The notes: generated by a model from the sequence alone, not told the origin. Numbered from the whole stretch's first letter, positions 48,001-58,917 are shown. The stretch: 63,898 nucleotides of DNA, filler included, from 14 parts of 14 records of this genome joined end to end with filler, not necessarily neighbours in it; one strand, 5' to 3'. Made by a program: numbers and translations.

Positions 48001-50961
48001 ATGCAGCCCGAACTGGCAGCGCTGGACCAGCTGGACCCGAACCTGCCGGCCCAGGCGCCGCCCAAGCCGCCCACCCAGTCCGATCCGGAGGACGAGCGCT
48101 GCGCGGTCTGCCTTTCTGACGAGTACCAGGACGGGGATCTCATCCTCTTCTGCGACGGGTGTAACCTGCCGGTGCACCAGGTGCGGCAGCGGGCTGCCCG
48201 GGCAGCAGTGCGGGGCAGAGCTGCTACGGCGTCGAGACCGTGCCCGAGGGCGACTGGTACTGCAGTGCATGCTCCCGGGATGAGGCGGACCGGCGCTGTG
48301 CGCTCTGCCCGGCGCGCGGCGGTGCGCTCAAGCCGACCACGGACGGCCGGATGGCCCACCTGGTGTGCGCGACCTGGACCGGTGGAGCGTCGATCCTGGT
48401 GCGGCCGGTCAGGGCCAGGCCGGGAGCTTGGGCAGGAACCGGACACGCGGATGGAGCCGATCGACTTGTCGCAGATGGTTCCCGACCAGTTTAAACTCAA
48501 GTGCTACGTGTGCGGCGAGCAGACCGGCTCGTGCGTCCAGTGCTCCAAACCCAACTGCTACAAGGCCTTCCACGTGACCTGCGCGGTCAAGCACGGATTT
48601 GAACTTTCGCTCGACGAGGACGGCTGCTGGACCCGGCACTGCCACATGCACCACTCAGCCAAGCCAGCCAGCAGCTTCGGGGCGCTGCACGCTAGCCGGG
48701 CCGGGCCTAAGCCGCCCAAGCGGGCCCGGGCCTCTCAGGCGAGGGAGCAGATGGAGGAGCGGCGGTTCAAGTGCAGGGTGTGTGGCCTGTTCAAACAGGG
48801 AGAGCACAAATGTCCAGGGCAGCGAGCCGAGTTGGCGCTCGCCGAGCTGCGCAGCCACGGCCGTCTGGACGAGGCGAACGCGCTCCATCAGCTGATCTGC
48901 TCGCAGCATCGCGAGGAGAGCCTTCAGGCTGTCGAAGAGACGTGCAAGAAGCGGCGAGCCAAACCGGCCAAAGGTTCTCGCAAGACCGGACAGCGTGCTG
49001 CGGCCCCGCGGACCGAGGCCAAGCCCAGGCCGGACGTGGCGGCGCGGGTGGCGGAGCTGGAGCTGGAGTTGAAGCAGTGCGAAGATCAGCTCCCGAGCTG
49101 CGCGACAGAGGTGCAGCTGGTACTGGTGAGCCCGGACGAGCCTGGCCAGCCTGAGACGGTGTCGACCGTGCCTGCCGAGCCTGGGCTGCGGACTGAGCAG
49201 GACTGCCGGCGGCGGATAGGAGAGCTCACTGCCGAGTTGGGCAAGCTGCACGACCAGCATGCGTCGTTCATGCGGCTGCTGGAGGAAAACAAGAGAAGGA
49301 CGTCCTTGATGCGAGATAAGATGGAACTGGCCCCAGGGCAAGAGCAAGAGCCGGCGCTCGAGAAACCGACCAATGACACGGCCGGGGTCAGGACTGTGCT
49401 GCGCTATTTTCAAAAGTGGTATATGGAAGAGGTAATGAACGAGCAGATCAGGATCGCGACGTCCACTGACGGGCAGGGCAAGCACAGTCGGCCTGACTTG
49501 CAGGCGATGAGCCGTTGCAAGGCCAACAAGATGACCACGCACGACGAGCGGCGGCCGGGCCAGCTGGACGGGATTGCGCCCGGGTTCCGATTCTTCTCGC
49601 GGTCGGAGATGGTGGTGGTCGGAATGCACGGCAAGTGGATGGGTGGCATCGATTGGGTCAAGGAGGGTCCAGCCACATGCGTGGTTGTGTCTGGCGGGTA
49701 CGAGGACGACGTCGACAACGGCGAGGAGCTGATCTACACCGGACAGGGCGGGAACGACATCAATAGCACTCGGAAGCAAATGAAAGATCAGCAGCTGACT
49801 CGTGGCAACCTGGCGCTTACGCTCAATGCAAGGGACAAGCTGCCTGTGCGGCTGGTGCGAGGCCACCCGGATAGCCAGTCCTACACGCAGAAAGTGTATA
49901 CTTATGACGGGCTATACGACGTGACGGAGTGGTTTGCTGAGGTTGGCAAAGAAGGGTACACTGTGTACAAGTATCGGATGAAGCGTTGCCCTGACCAGCC
50001 ACCTCTCTCGACAGATCCGGTCTCGTTCAAGCTGTGCTCGCTGCCCACCAGCACCCGGCCGCTAGACAGGGAGGGGCTGGTGCTCGAGGACGTCACTGGC
50101 GGGCTGGAGGCCACTCCGGTGCCCGTGGTGAATGTGGTTGATGATGAGCCGGCACCGCTCGACTTTGAGTACCGGCTAGACCTCAAAAGAGACCCGAACG
50201 TGATCGTGAAGCCGTGTGAAGGCTGCCCGGAGGGCTGCGACTGCTCAAACGCTCGCGAATGCCCTTGCGCTCAGCGGAACGGCGGGCAAGTGCCGTATGT
50301 AATGATTCGAAACCAGAGCTCGCCGCATCTGTGGCAGCCGCGTCCTGTGGTGTACGAGTGTGGGCCAGCATGCCACTGCGGACCGGACTGCATCAACCGA
50401 GTGGCCCAGCGGCACGTGCTGCAGGGCTTCAAGCCTCACCGACTGGAGGTGTTCAAGACTGCGAGCAAGGGCTGGGGCGTCCGCTCCTGGGATTCGATCA
50501 ACGCTGGCTCCTTCCTGTGCATGTACTCGGGCAGGCTACTGCGAGATGAGGAGGCCGAGCTGCTGGATGACGACATGTACACTTTCGATCTCGACATGAT
50601 TCAGACTCAAGCCGGGGTGGGTGGAAGACACCGGCGTGATGCGCCAGCCGACGGTGACGGCGTTGAGCAGCCTGCTGTTTCGGATCATGCCGAGTTCTGC
50701 GTGGACTCGCGGCACTACGGCACAGTGGCTCGATTCATCAACCACAGCTGCGCGCCCAACCTGTTTGTGCAGAATGTGCTCTTTGACCACTTGGACCAAC
50801 GGATCCCGTGGGTGGCCCTGTTCGCAGCTCAGAACATTGCGCCGTTGGAGGAGCTCTCGTACGACTATGGGTACACTGGCACGGTGATGGACAAGGAAGG
50901 CGTGGTCAAGAAGCTCAAGTGCAACTGTGGCGCTGCGGAGTGCCGCCAATGGCTGCTGTAG
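48001..50961 (+). CDS. PZP (PHD-Zn knuckle-PHD) plus SRA-YDG, pre-SET, SET and post-SET histone H3K9 methyltransferase, SUVH4/KRYPTONITE-like; introns 48181-48218 and 48399-48435
   Basis: After splicing: CAVC..FCDGCNLPVHQSCYGV..VPEGDWYCSAC, CALCP..GGALK..AHLVCA and CYVC...CVQCSKPNCYKAFHVTCA. SRA: SGGYEDD..YTGQGG..GNLAL..YTYDGLY. SET: KGWGVRS, ARFINHSCAPN, ELSYDYG, CNCGAAECR. Confidence 0.93.
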   Translation: MQPELAALDQLDPNLPAQAPPKPPTQSDPEDERCAVCLSDEYQDGDLILFCDGCNLPVHQVRQRAARAAVRGRAATASRPCPRATGTAVHAPGMRRTGAVRSARRAAVRSSRPRTAGWPTWCARPGPVERRSWCGRSGPGRELGQEPDTRMEPIDLSQMVPDQFKLKCYVCGEQTGSCVQCSKPNCYKAFHVTCAVKHGFELSLDEDGCWTRHCHMHHSAKPASSFGALHASRAGPKPPKRARASQAREQMEERRFKCRVCGLFKQGEHKCPGQRAELALAELRSHGRLDEANALHQLICSQHREESLQAVEETCKKRRAKPAKGSRKTGQRAAAPRTEAKPRPDVAARVAELELELKQCEDQLPSCATEVQLVLVSPDEPGQPETVSTVPAEPGLRTEQDCRRRIGELTAELGKLHDQHASFMRLLEENKRRTSLMRDKMELAPGQEQEPALEKPTNDTAGVRTVLRYFQKWYMEEVMNEQIRIATSTDGQGKHSRPDLQAMSRCKANKMTTHDERRPGQLDGIAPGFRFFSRSEMVVVGMHGKWMGGIDWVKEGPATCVVVSGGYEDDVDNGEELIYTGQGGNDINSTRKQMKDQQLTRGNLALTLNARDKLPVRLVRGHPDSQSYTQKVYTYDGLYDVTEWFAEVGKEGYTVYKYRMKRCPDQPPLSTDPVSFKLCSLPTSTRPLDREGLVLEDVTGGLEATPVPVVNVVDDEPAPLDFEYRLDLKRDPNVIVKPCEGCPEGCDCSNARECPCAQRNGGQVPYVMIRNQSSPHLWQPRPVVYECGPACHCGPDCINRVAQRHVLQGFKPHRLEVFKTASKGWGVRSWDSINAGSFLCMYSGRLLRDEEAELLDDDMYTFDLDMIQTQAGVGGRHRRDAPADGDGVEQPAVSDHAEFCVDSRHYGTVARFINHSCAPNLFVQNVLFDHLDQRIPWVALFAAQNIAPLEELSYDYGYTGTVMDKEGVVKKLKCNCGAAECRQWLL

Positions 50962-51599
50962 CCTTCTCCTCAAATGTTAGGTCCCTATATGCTCGTTGGA
51001 ATATCGTTGGAAGATTAGAAGTTTAGGTCTACGTAGGTAGCACCATGTGCCATGATCAAGCATGCCCGGAGAGGTTGATCGACCCTATTTTTCATACTCT
51101 AGTCATCCTCTACGTACTCGATCCGTCGATCGATTCGGTGCCACTACACACGACATCGACGCGCGATCGAATTTTATTTAAACACGCGTTTAATAATTAG
51201 AGATCTGTCACAGTGTATTGCATAGAAACGTTAAANNNNNNNNNNNNNNNNNNNNNNNNNNNNNNNNNNNNNNNNNNNNTTAATTAATTAANNNNNNNNN
51301 NNNNNNNNNNNNNNNNNNNNNNNNNNNNNNNNNNNTTGTCAGTGAGCATTTCCGTGCCAGCCAAGCACATAAGTCTATTTAGTCAAACAACTACGAGTAC
51401 AAGTCGATTAAATATTGTTCGGTATGATCTTAGTCTTGTTTAACTGACGGTGAAAGGATGCTAGAGAATGTTTTAATATGTACTGCTCCATTTAGTGAGC
51501 GCCCGCTTGAAGGTCTCTAAAGGATTTCAATGTTATCTAAAGGACAAATCAAAGTAGTCGTTAGCTCCGCCGGTCCCTCAAAATCCCAAGCCAGGCCCC

Positions 51600-52836
51600 A
51601 CCTTGTTCAGTTGGCGCAACCGGTCAGCTTCCCATACCAGTGCCGGATCCCGCCACCTGCCTCAATCGATCAGCCCCAATCCCCAGCACACAGCCCCAAT
51701 CTCCAAACTCACCCTGTCGCACGCCGCCGTTCCGCCACCCCTGCCTGCGCCGCCCTCTCCACTCGCCTGCCCCCGTCTCGCCCGCCGTTGCGGAAGTTCC
51801 GAAGACACCGGGCCTGAAGGTTTGACCGGAGACCGGACCTCCATTCCGCATAGTGACGAACCTGTTTGGGCTCACCCCGATCACCCGGCAGCAGCGCACC
51901 GCTTCGTGGTGTTCCAGTTGCTGTCGTTTGAGGAGGTCAACCCTGCCCCACCTCCCGGCTGCCTGGCCCGCCTCGCCACCTTCGGACCCATTCGAGCCGC
52001 TGAAGCTTCGCTGGAAGCGCCTCCCACCTCCGCCCACCACTCAGCAGACCCGCCCGCCTGCCAACCCACCAAGACTTGCGCGGATCGCGCCCCGAACCGC
52101 GCCGGCTGCCAGAGTCTATCCCGGGCCTGCCCCGCGATCGGGCCGCCGGGAGCGCCGGTACGTACCAGCTGCCAGGGTGAGCCACGAGTTGCCGGGTAGC
52201 GTATCTACTCGCACCGGCCGCACGGCAGGCCAGCGCCCCGCCGGACGAGAGAAGCGCCTCCGTGGCGGCGGCCTCAAGCTGCTCGAGCAGCTGCCCCGCC
52301 GGGCTTGGCACAAACCAGAACCGGCGGAGAGACCTGGCCGAACGTCGGACGAGGGACAGTGCAATCTGGGAGGGTGGCGATCATCGAATGGACCTGCACG
52401 GCCTGAGCTGGTGGGGCGAGTGGCGCACCAGCTGGGCCACGTGGTTGGGGCTGAGCACGTCGGTGTACCCGAGCACCTCGATCAGCTCATCGGCGTGGAT
52501 AGCTAAGTCCCTCAACCCGACCCGGGCCATCCGAGCGGTCGCGTAGGCCTCTATCTTGTTGTACAGCTGCCAGGCACGGTCCAGGTACGGCTGGCGCATA
52601 TCTGGCCGCATGGCCCGGCTGGCGGTCGCCGGAAGGTCCGCGATCGGCAGCTGCCGGGCCAGCACAGCCCGCTGGATGGCTCCGGGCGAATCGAGCACGA
52701 GCCGGGGGCGGGCCGAGCCCGAAGCCTGGCCGAAGGGGAGCGCGTAGTCGAGCAGCAGCAGCGCCCGGTAGAGAAGCACCCCCACCACCACCAGCAGAAT
52801 CGCCGCGGGCCACGAGGTGAATAGCTCCGTCTCCAT
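51600..52836 (-). CDS. Unidentified spliced protein with N-terminal TM helix; 3' end approximate
   Basis: METELFTSWPAAILLVVVGVLLYRALLLL start, coding-like exons in several frames; no family recognised. Confidence 0.45.
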
Positions 52837-52917
52837 TGGCCCGGCTCGAATCACTCCCCGAGCCTCGGAATAACGGAACTATTCGAGTGTTTCGACAACA
52901 CGGAAGGCGGCCCAGCT

Positions 52918-53853
52918 ATGCTGCGGCTGGTGTTCGCGCCGGCTGGCAGTAGCTCAAGGCCGGCCACGAAGCCAGCGGCCCGCACTGCGGCAGTTTGGAG
53001 CGCCCGGCGCGGGCTGAGCCGGCTGCCGGACCCGCACAACGTGTCGGACCAGCTGGACCCGGCCACTTCGGCCCGGATCGTCAGCCGGCTCGAGGCCCGC
53101 GGGCAGGACAGAGTCTTCCAGTCGCTCTTTCGCGGCTACTTCCCGGAGCTCCGACAGTGCACTAACGTGCTCGAGCTCGGCTGCGGCACCGGGGTGGTCC
53201 TCCGGGCGTTGCTGAGGGATGCCGAGTTTACCGGTAAGGCTACTGGGGCAGACCTGAGCCCGGCTTTCTTAGAGACGGCGCGGGAGCTGGCTACGGCGGA
53301 GGGCTGTGACCCAAACCGGCTGCGATTCATGCTGGCCGACGCCCAGAATGAGGGCAGCGTGGGAGCGGATGCTGGGTTTGACGCGGTTGTGATGCACACG
53401 CTGATCAGCCACACCAGCGACCCGGGCGCAGTGCTGCGGCAGGCGGCCAGACTGGCGGCGCCCGGGGCGCTGCTGGTCGTGATGGACGGTGACTACGGCT
53501 CGCTGACCTATGCCAACCCGATCGATCCGGAGCTCGGTCGGCGGATGGATGCGGCGCTGGTTAGCGCCATCTTCGCTCAGCCGAACGCGATGAGGGGACT
53601 GGCCCAGATGCTCCCGCCAGCCGGCTGGCGGCTGGAAGAGGCGCGCAGCCAGTGCGTTAGCGAGGTCGGGGGGGAGGCGAGCTATTGGGTAAGCTTCGCG
53701 GAGGGCTATCTGCCGCGTGTGGTTGAGGCTGGGTTGGTGGACCAGGCTACGGCCGACCAGTGGTGGGAAGGACAGAAAGCCAATCTGGCCAGTGGTCATT
53801 TCTTCGCAGCGGCGAACTACTACACGTTCTTAGCTCGGCTCGCTAGTACTTGA
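52918..53853 (+). CDS. Class I SAM-dependent methyltransferase (UbiE-like), possible organellar presequence
   Basis: VLELGCGTG, GADLSPAFL, FDAVVMHTLISH and APGALLVVMDGDY; R/S/A-rich N-terminus; intronless. Confidence 0.88.
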   Translation: MLRLVFAPAGSSSRPATKPAARTAAVWSARRGLSRLPDPHNVSDQLDPATSARIVSRLEARGQDRVFQSLFRGYFPELRQCTNVLELGCGTGVVLRALLRDAEFTGKATGADLSPAFLETARELATAEGCDPNRLRFMLADAQNEGSVGADAGFDAVVMHTLISHTSDPGAVLRQAARLAAPGALLVVMDGDYGSLTYANPIDPELGRRMDAALVSAIFAQPNAMRGLAQMLPPAGWRLEEARSQCVSEVGGEASYWVSFAEGYLPRVVEAGLVDQATADQWWEGQKANLASGHFFAAANYYTFLARLAST

Positions 53854-54123
53854 CCCAAATACGCATACATGCGCATACCAGTACAAACAGTTTGATAATT
53901 TCAAGAGAACGCTCAATTCACGGCGGCTTAACGGCGGCTCTTCTTCTAGGTTAGGTGTGGACTTGCTCGTGATCATCTGGCGCGCCTGCTTTTGTACCGA
54001 ACTGCACTACCTGTACAGCTGTACAGTTGTACCTCGGCTGTACCTCGGCTGTACCGAAATAAATCTTCCTCGGTCAAACTGCCGGTCTTACATGAAGTAG
54101 AGTCTATAAGCGCAGCCGAAGCA

Positions 54124-55297
54124 ATGACGTTCGCGAGGCTACTGTGTACGCTGGTCGTGGTGTGCGCCAGCCTGGACTCGGGCTGGTCCGACGGCGTGGA
54201 TTGGAGTGCGAGGCGAGACACCGCTTGTCCGTGCCAGTATTCGACCGGACACTGCGCCGCGCTGACCGACCTATACTTGGCCACCGGGGGCGCGGGCTGG
54301 GGGCAGAACACCGGCTGGTGCGATGGCGGGTCGGCATGTTCGTGGTATGGGGTCACTTGCGGCGCTGACTGTGACGGTACAACCGTTCCGGACTGCAATG
54401 ATGGTGGCAACGGAGCGGGACGGTGCCTGCAGAGCTGGCCAGCCTCACACAGCTCCAGTGGCTAGAGATAAACACCAACAGGCTAAGCGGGACGGTGCCT
54501 ATGCAGCTGGCTAGCCTTACTATGCTCATTGGACTCTACCTGGACAACAATCGGCTGAGTGGAACGGTGCCTGTGGAACTGGCCACACTGCCAGCCGACA
54601 GTCGGCGATCTGGCACCACAGGCCTCGCCCAGCTCGTCTATCTCTTCTTGTTCCGGCCCCGGGGGCTGTACGAGCAGTTTTCCTGGTTCTGCCTACAGCT
54701 GTTGGCGGGCTTGAGTGTGGGGGGGCTGGTCCTGATACCGGTGTACATCTTGGGTGCGGGAGAATTCGAGTGCGGCCAGCCTTGGCTTCGAACGACCTTG
54801 GCCTACCTGAGCGGCAGTCCATCCTCGGAGCTGGCAGCAGCAGTCTTGATCTGTGTGATCCTCGCAGCTCAGGGATTCGTCATTGTCGCGGTTCGGTTCT
54901 GGTCACCTCCAGATGTAAGAATCGAAGATGCTGGTTTCAGTGGCTCACTCTCCTGGAAGCGTTGGCTGGCTGTGGTGCTACTCTGGCCAGTGATCGTTTT
55001 GGCGTTGTCGACGCCGGCCTTCTTTGCAACTTTGGCCCTTTCTGTGCCAGGTGATCAGAATACGCTTGGGCTATCACAGACCATGCTTCACGCCTTTTAT
55101 TATGCTTCTGCTGCTCTGCTGACCTTCGTCAACTCAGTGCTGGTGCCTGCTGCGGCCAGGGCACTGGTGGGCAAAGAGGCCCCTCACACAGTCGTTGGGC
55201 TGATCGTCAAGGAGACGCACAACCAGCCGCCAAGCTGGTGGTACCTGTTGACCGGAGTGCTGCTTGGCAGTGGGCTGGTATTGTGGTTCTTCGTGAG
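54124..55297 (+). pseudogene. LRR receptor-like multi-TM gene with a frameshift near 54410 (pseudogene or collapsed assembly)
   Basis: Signal peptide and LRRNT cap (ALTDLYLATGGAGW..NTGW..CSWYGVTC) lie in one frame; LRRs (NRLSGTVP..LASLT) and TM helices lie in another. I found no frame-restoring intron. Confidence 0.55.
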
Positions 55298-55457
55298 NNN
55301 NNNNNNNNNNNNNNNNNNNNNNNNNNNNNNNNNNNNNNNNNTTAATTAATTAANNNNNNNNNNNNNNNNNNNNNNNNNNNNNNNNNNNNNNNNNNNNGCA
55401 TTCATACTTGTAGCGATTTCATCAGGTGCGAATTATTTTGTTGCTCGCAATTTTGGC

Positions 55458-57557
55458 TCATTCGCCAACAGTCACCGTGAACTGCCGAGCAACCTCTAAA
55501 TGCCAAAGGGCTGCCCGCAGCGGTGAGATACAAGCTCCGAATTGCTTGCAGCTGGAGGCCCGGAGCAGATCCCACGGGTCACCCTCTTCTGTTTGGTCAA
55601 ACACAGCAACAGCAGCGTCCGCCTGACTTTGTGAAAGCATAAACGGCACTTGCACAACGTCAAACCGGTTTGAGATCAGCTGGAGCTGCCGGAGCAGGCT
55701 TCTCTCACCGGCCAAGCCCTCGTAAACCGCGCTGGCAAACGACTCGGTGGCCTCGATCATCTTCACCTGAACTGGCGCAAAGTCTGGCGAGCATACCTCT
55801 GCAGCCGCCTGGTCAGGGTGGGCGGCCCAGTATTGTCGAGCTTCAAGAGCCCGCGACTCCAGATTTTGCTTGAGCCCTCTCAGCTGAACTAGAGGCTTGC
55901 AGTCTGCGGTAGAGGAGTCGCTCTTGTAAATTGCCTCGGCTAGCTGGGCAGTTTGGAGCATCTTGGACACTCCGTAGTCTAGCTGAGCATAGCTGTCCAT
56001 CTTTGGTCTGGTGTGTCCGCAGCCGGTGTGAACCATGCAGAGCCGAGGGTCGCTCAACAGCCCGTGCTGTGAGCATAGCGAAATGAATCCATCGACCATG
56101 TCGTTGTTTGGGCGACACGTCCCGTTGCTGCCAGGAATGCCAACTGTGTAAAACACAAGGACGCGTGAATGTGCAGCAATGTTGTCTTGAATGTACTTCA
56201 CCAACGCTTCAGGCTCTTGAAGGTGGCGATACCTTCCAGTCAGACCCGAGAACCAGCCTTCTTTCTCGGCAGAGGCCTGCACAAAGGCACCGGGGCTCTG
56301 GCTGGCAACCACAAGGTTTGGTAGCTGCAGCAGCTCAAACACCAGCTGATCTCCGATTCCACGCAATCCACCCCGTTGCTTGAGCTTGCCCCCAATCACA
56401 ACGGCCAACACCTCCCCCGGGATCTGCACGGGCCGCTCAGGTTGCTGGTCGGCCCAGCTCCCCTCTTCGAGCCCCTGGAGCAGGCCGTTCCACTGCTCAT
56501 ACAACGAGCTCACCAGAGACTTCCGTGTGGGCAGATGCTCCGGCTTCCTCTGGATTTCAGCGATGGTCAGCTCCAGCTGCTCCTTGTCCTCAGGCCTCGC
56601 CGGGTTCAGAAGAAACTGCTGCACCTCTGCCTGACGCTCCTTCCTTGCTTTGCTAAGGAAACGGTTCAGAAAGCTCAATTGCGGCCGGAACGGAGGCTTA
56701 GGCGGCTCGGCCGGGCCCGACTCGCCCGAATCGCTATGGAGCCAATCATCCTCCGGCTGCTCGCCCTGGAACCACTCCTTGCCTGCTGGCTTATTATCCG
56801 CTCCGGTTGCGGGCTTGGTGTTGCAATCTATTGCCATCCGATCATTCTTCTTTTGGCGTGACCGGCGGCCCGACTTGCTCGGGGAGCCGGGCAGGCTGGT
56901 GGACCCAGTCGAGCCGTACAGCTGCTCCCCGCGGGCCAGCCGCTTGGCGTTGGTTGATTCGATATACTGCCTGCAGTTGTCTCGGAATTCGTTCAGCGCA
57001 TCAACTTCCTCCTGCATCTCCTGCTTGCGGACCCGTACCTGATCGCGCTGCTCCTCCAGCTTGTGCCGCTCCTGGCCCAGGCTGCGGCTCCTAAATGTCA
57101 GTTGCTGGATCATCTCCTCCACCTCCGCCAGCCGCAACTCAAGCTCAGTCACCTGCTGTTGCTTCTCCCGGCCGTATTTGCGGACTTCAACGTTCTCCAC
57201 CGCCAGCTCCTGCACCCGCTGGGCGAACGCCGACTTGAGGATCTCCAGCCCGCAGTCCATCTGGTTTTCGGGCCCTGGCGGCAGGCAATCCATCACCACA
57301 GCCAGCACCTCCTTGTCGACGTCATCCGGCGGGGTAGGCGACCCGCGCGCGCAGTCGGCCAGGCTGTTCCGGCGGTTGGGCCGGCGCTGCGGCGGGGAGA
57401 CCCGGCGGAGTCTGGATTGGACCGACTCGAGCTCCGACTGCCGTTGGGCCGCGGTGGCGAAGTCGCGCCGGGCCGCCGCGGCGGTGACCTGGGCGTCCAG
57501 CTCGCGCTCCTTGGCCCGGAGGCCGTCCACGAGGTCCGCGGTGGACTCGGCCGGCAT
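55458..57557 (-). CDS. Hypothetical 699-aa protein: UVR-like motif, coiled coil and an unrecognised globular C-terminal domain
   Basis: Long intronless ORF; LDAQVTAAAARRDFATAAQRQSEL resembles a UvrB/C (UVR) hairpin. Confidence 0.7.
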   Translation of the reverse strand: MPAESTADLVDGLRAKERELDAQVTAAAARRDFATAAQRQSELESVQSRLRRVSPPQRRPNRRNSLADCARGSPTPPDDVDKEVLAVVMDCLPPGPENQMDCGLEILKSAFAQRVQELAVENVEVRKYGREKQQQVTELELRLAEVEEMIQQLTFRSRSLGQERHKLEEQRDQVRVRKQEMQEEVDALNEFRDNCRQYIESTNAKRLARGEQLYGSTGSTSLPGSPSKSGRRSRQKKNDRMAIDCNTKPATGADNKPAGKEWFQGEQPEDDWLHSDSGESGPAEPPKPPFRPQLSFLNRFLSKARKERQAEVQQFLLNPARPEDKEQLELTIAEIQRKPEHLPTRKSLVSSLYEQWNGLLQGLEEGSWADQQPERPVQIPGEVLAVVIGGKLKQRGGLRGIGDQLVFELLQLPNLVVASQSPGAFVQASAEKEGWFSGLTGRYRHLQEPEALVKYIQDNIAAHSRVLVFYTVGIPGSNGTCRPNNDMVDGFISLCSQHGLLSDPRLCMVHTGCGHTRPKMDSYAQLDYGVSKMLQTAQLAEAIYKSDSSTADCKPLVQLRGLKQNLESRALEARQYWAAHPDQAAAEVCSPDFAPVQVKMIEATESFASAVYEGLAGERSLLRQLQLISNRFDVVQVPFMLSQSQADAAVAVFDQTEEGDPWDLLRASSCKQFGACISPLRAALWHLEVARQFTVTVGE

Positions 57558-57707
57558 GGCCTCGGCTGTCGCGCCACCCGGCTCCGGTCAGGCTGCGGTC
57601 CGGACACCAAGCCGTCGCCTCCGCCGTGTCGCTTCTTTTTCTTAATTTGGACGGGACCAGCCGGAATAACGGATTTTAACAACGGGCGAAACCGGAGAGG
57701 CGGAGAC

Positions 57708-58391
57708 ATGGCGGAGCACTTGGACATTCTGACGGCACGCTCTGCCTGCGCCGGGCCCGGGGGTAAACTTTGTGCCGGGCAGGGCAAGCGCAACCGGACG
57801 GGCACCAACCGGCTCGGGATCGTCCGCTCCACCACACTGGCGCGCATCGAAGAGGGCGAGGGCCAGAGCGTCATAGGTCGGCCGGGGTGGAAGCAACCCC
57901 GGTGAGCTCGGGCGGCAGGTCGGGCCGTTCGCCAGCACCGGGACCCGGCACTCGAGCGGATCGTCCACTCGCCCGATCTCCCCGACCCAAAGGTGCGCCG
58001 CCCACCGCCACCAATACTGAGCTCCCCCTCTAGCGCCCGCGAAGCGACCGCTCGCCCCAGCTGCCGACGTACGAGTTTTTCTTCAACGATTCCTCCCCGA
58101 TGTTTGACGTATCACCTGTCGTCCGGACCCCACACGGACCGCCGTCGCAGCAGCGGCTCTTCCAGAACAACACCGCGCCCCAGCGCTTTGCCGCCCGGCC
58201 GAGCCACATCCCCGACTCCCGCAGCCGGACCAACGCGCTGTCTCCCCGATCGCGCAAGGCTCTGCTCCAGGTGGCGCCCCCTGAGCCTGGCTGACTCGGT
58301 TTCCAGGGCTATGAGACCAACACCGAGCTCCATTCGCAAGCCGCGTAAGATGCGATTTCAGGCCTGCAACGGGCAGAGCCCAGGTCGCTGA
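57708..58391 (+). CDS. Possible small spliced hypothetical protein
   Basis: ATG downstream of the promoter motif, divergent from 57557; low-complexity exons; structure uncertain. Confidence 0.3.
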
Positions 58392-58917
58392 GGCAAGGTC
58401 TCCTCTTTCCGTTCCCCGTTTGTATGCATATCTCTGTATGAGCCAGCTCCGCAGAACGTCACGCCTTTCTGGCGATTTCTGCGAGTTTCTTCACGTATTG
58501 CGGCCTCCAGATTCTATATCTGCTCCGCTGGCCAGCTGGCGGTTTCATTGCTCCTGAGCTAGCAGAGCTCCAGATCTTCAGATACTAGCAAGCGTGCACC
58601 ATCGACCTACAAATGCAGTGTGGCTCCAGTTTCTTCGTGATCCGATTCATCGACCGGCCAATCGACCGACGAATTTCTCATCACTCTCCGACTTTTGCGC
58701 GGTTTTATTAAAAATCATGTTGCCTTGAAACTGTTCCTTTAAGCGCGCATCTTCTGGTACGGAACAGAAGAAACGAATCTAAAGCCTACATGTAGCTATG
58801 GAGAGTTTATATTCCGTACATTTAGAATGTAGCGACCACTTAGCGACCACTCGTTCGGAGCACGGATTCCGTCATGTGCCGTCGTACAAATCGCATCTTG
58901 AAACAGGATGCCCAGAT

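Noticed and set aside
58391-58700. Possible decayed gene on the minus strand
   Set aside because: No frame gives a recognisable protein.
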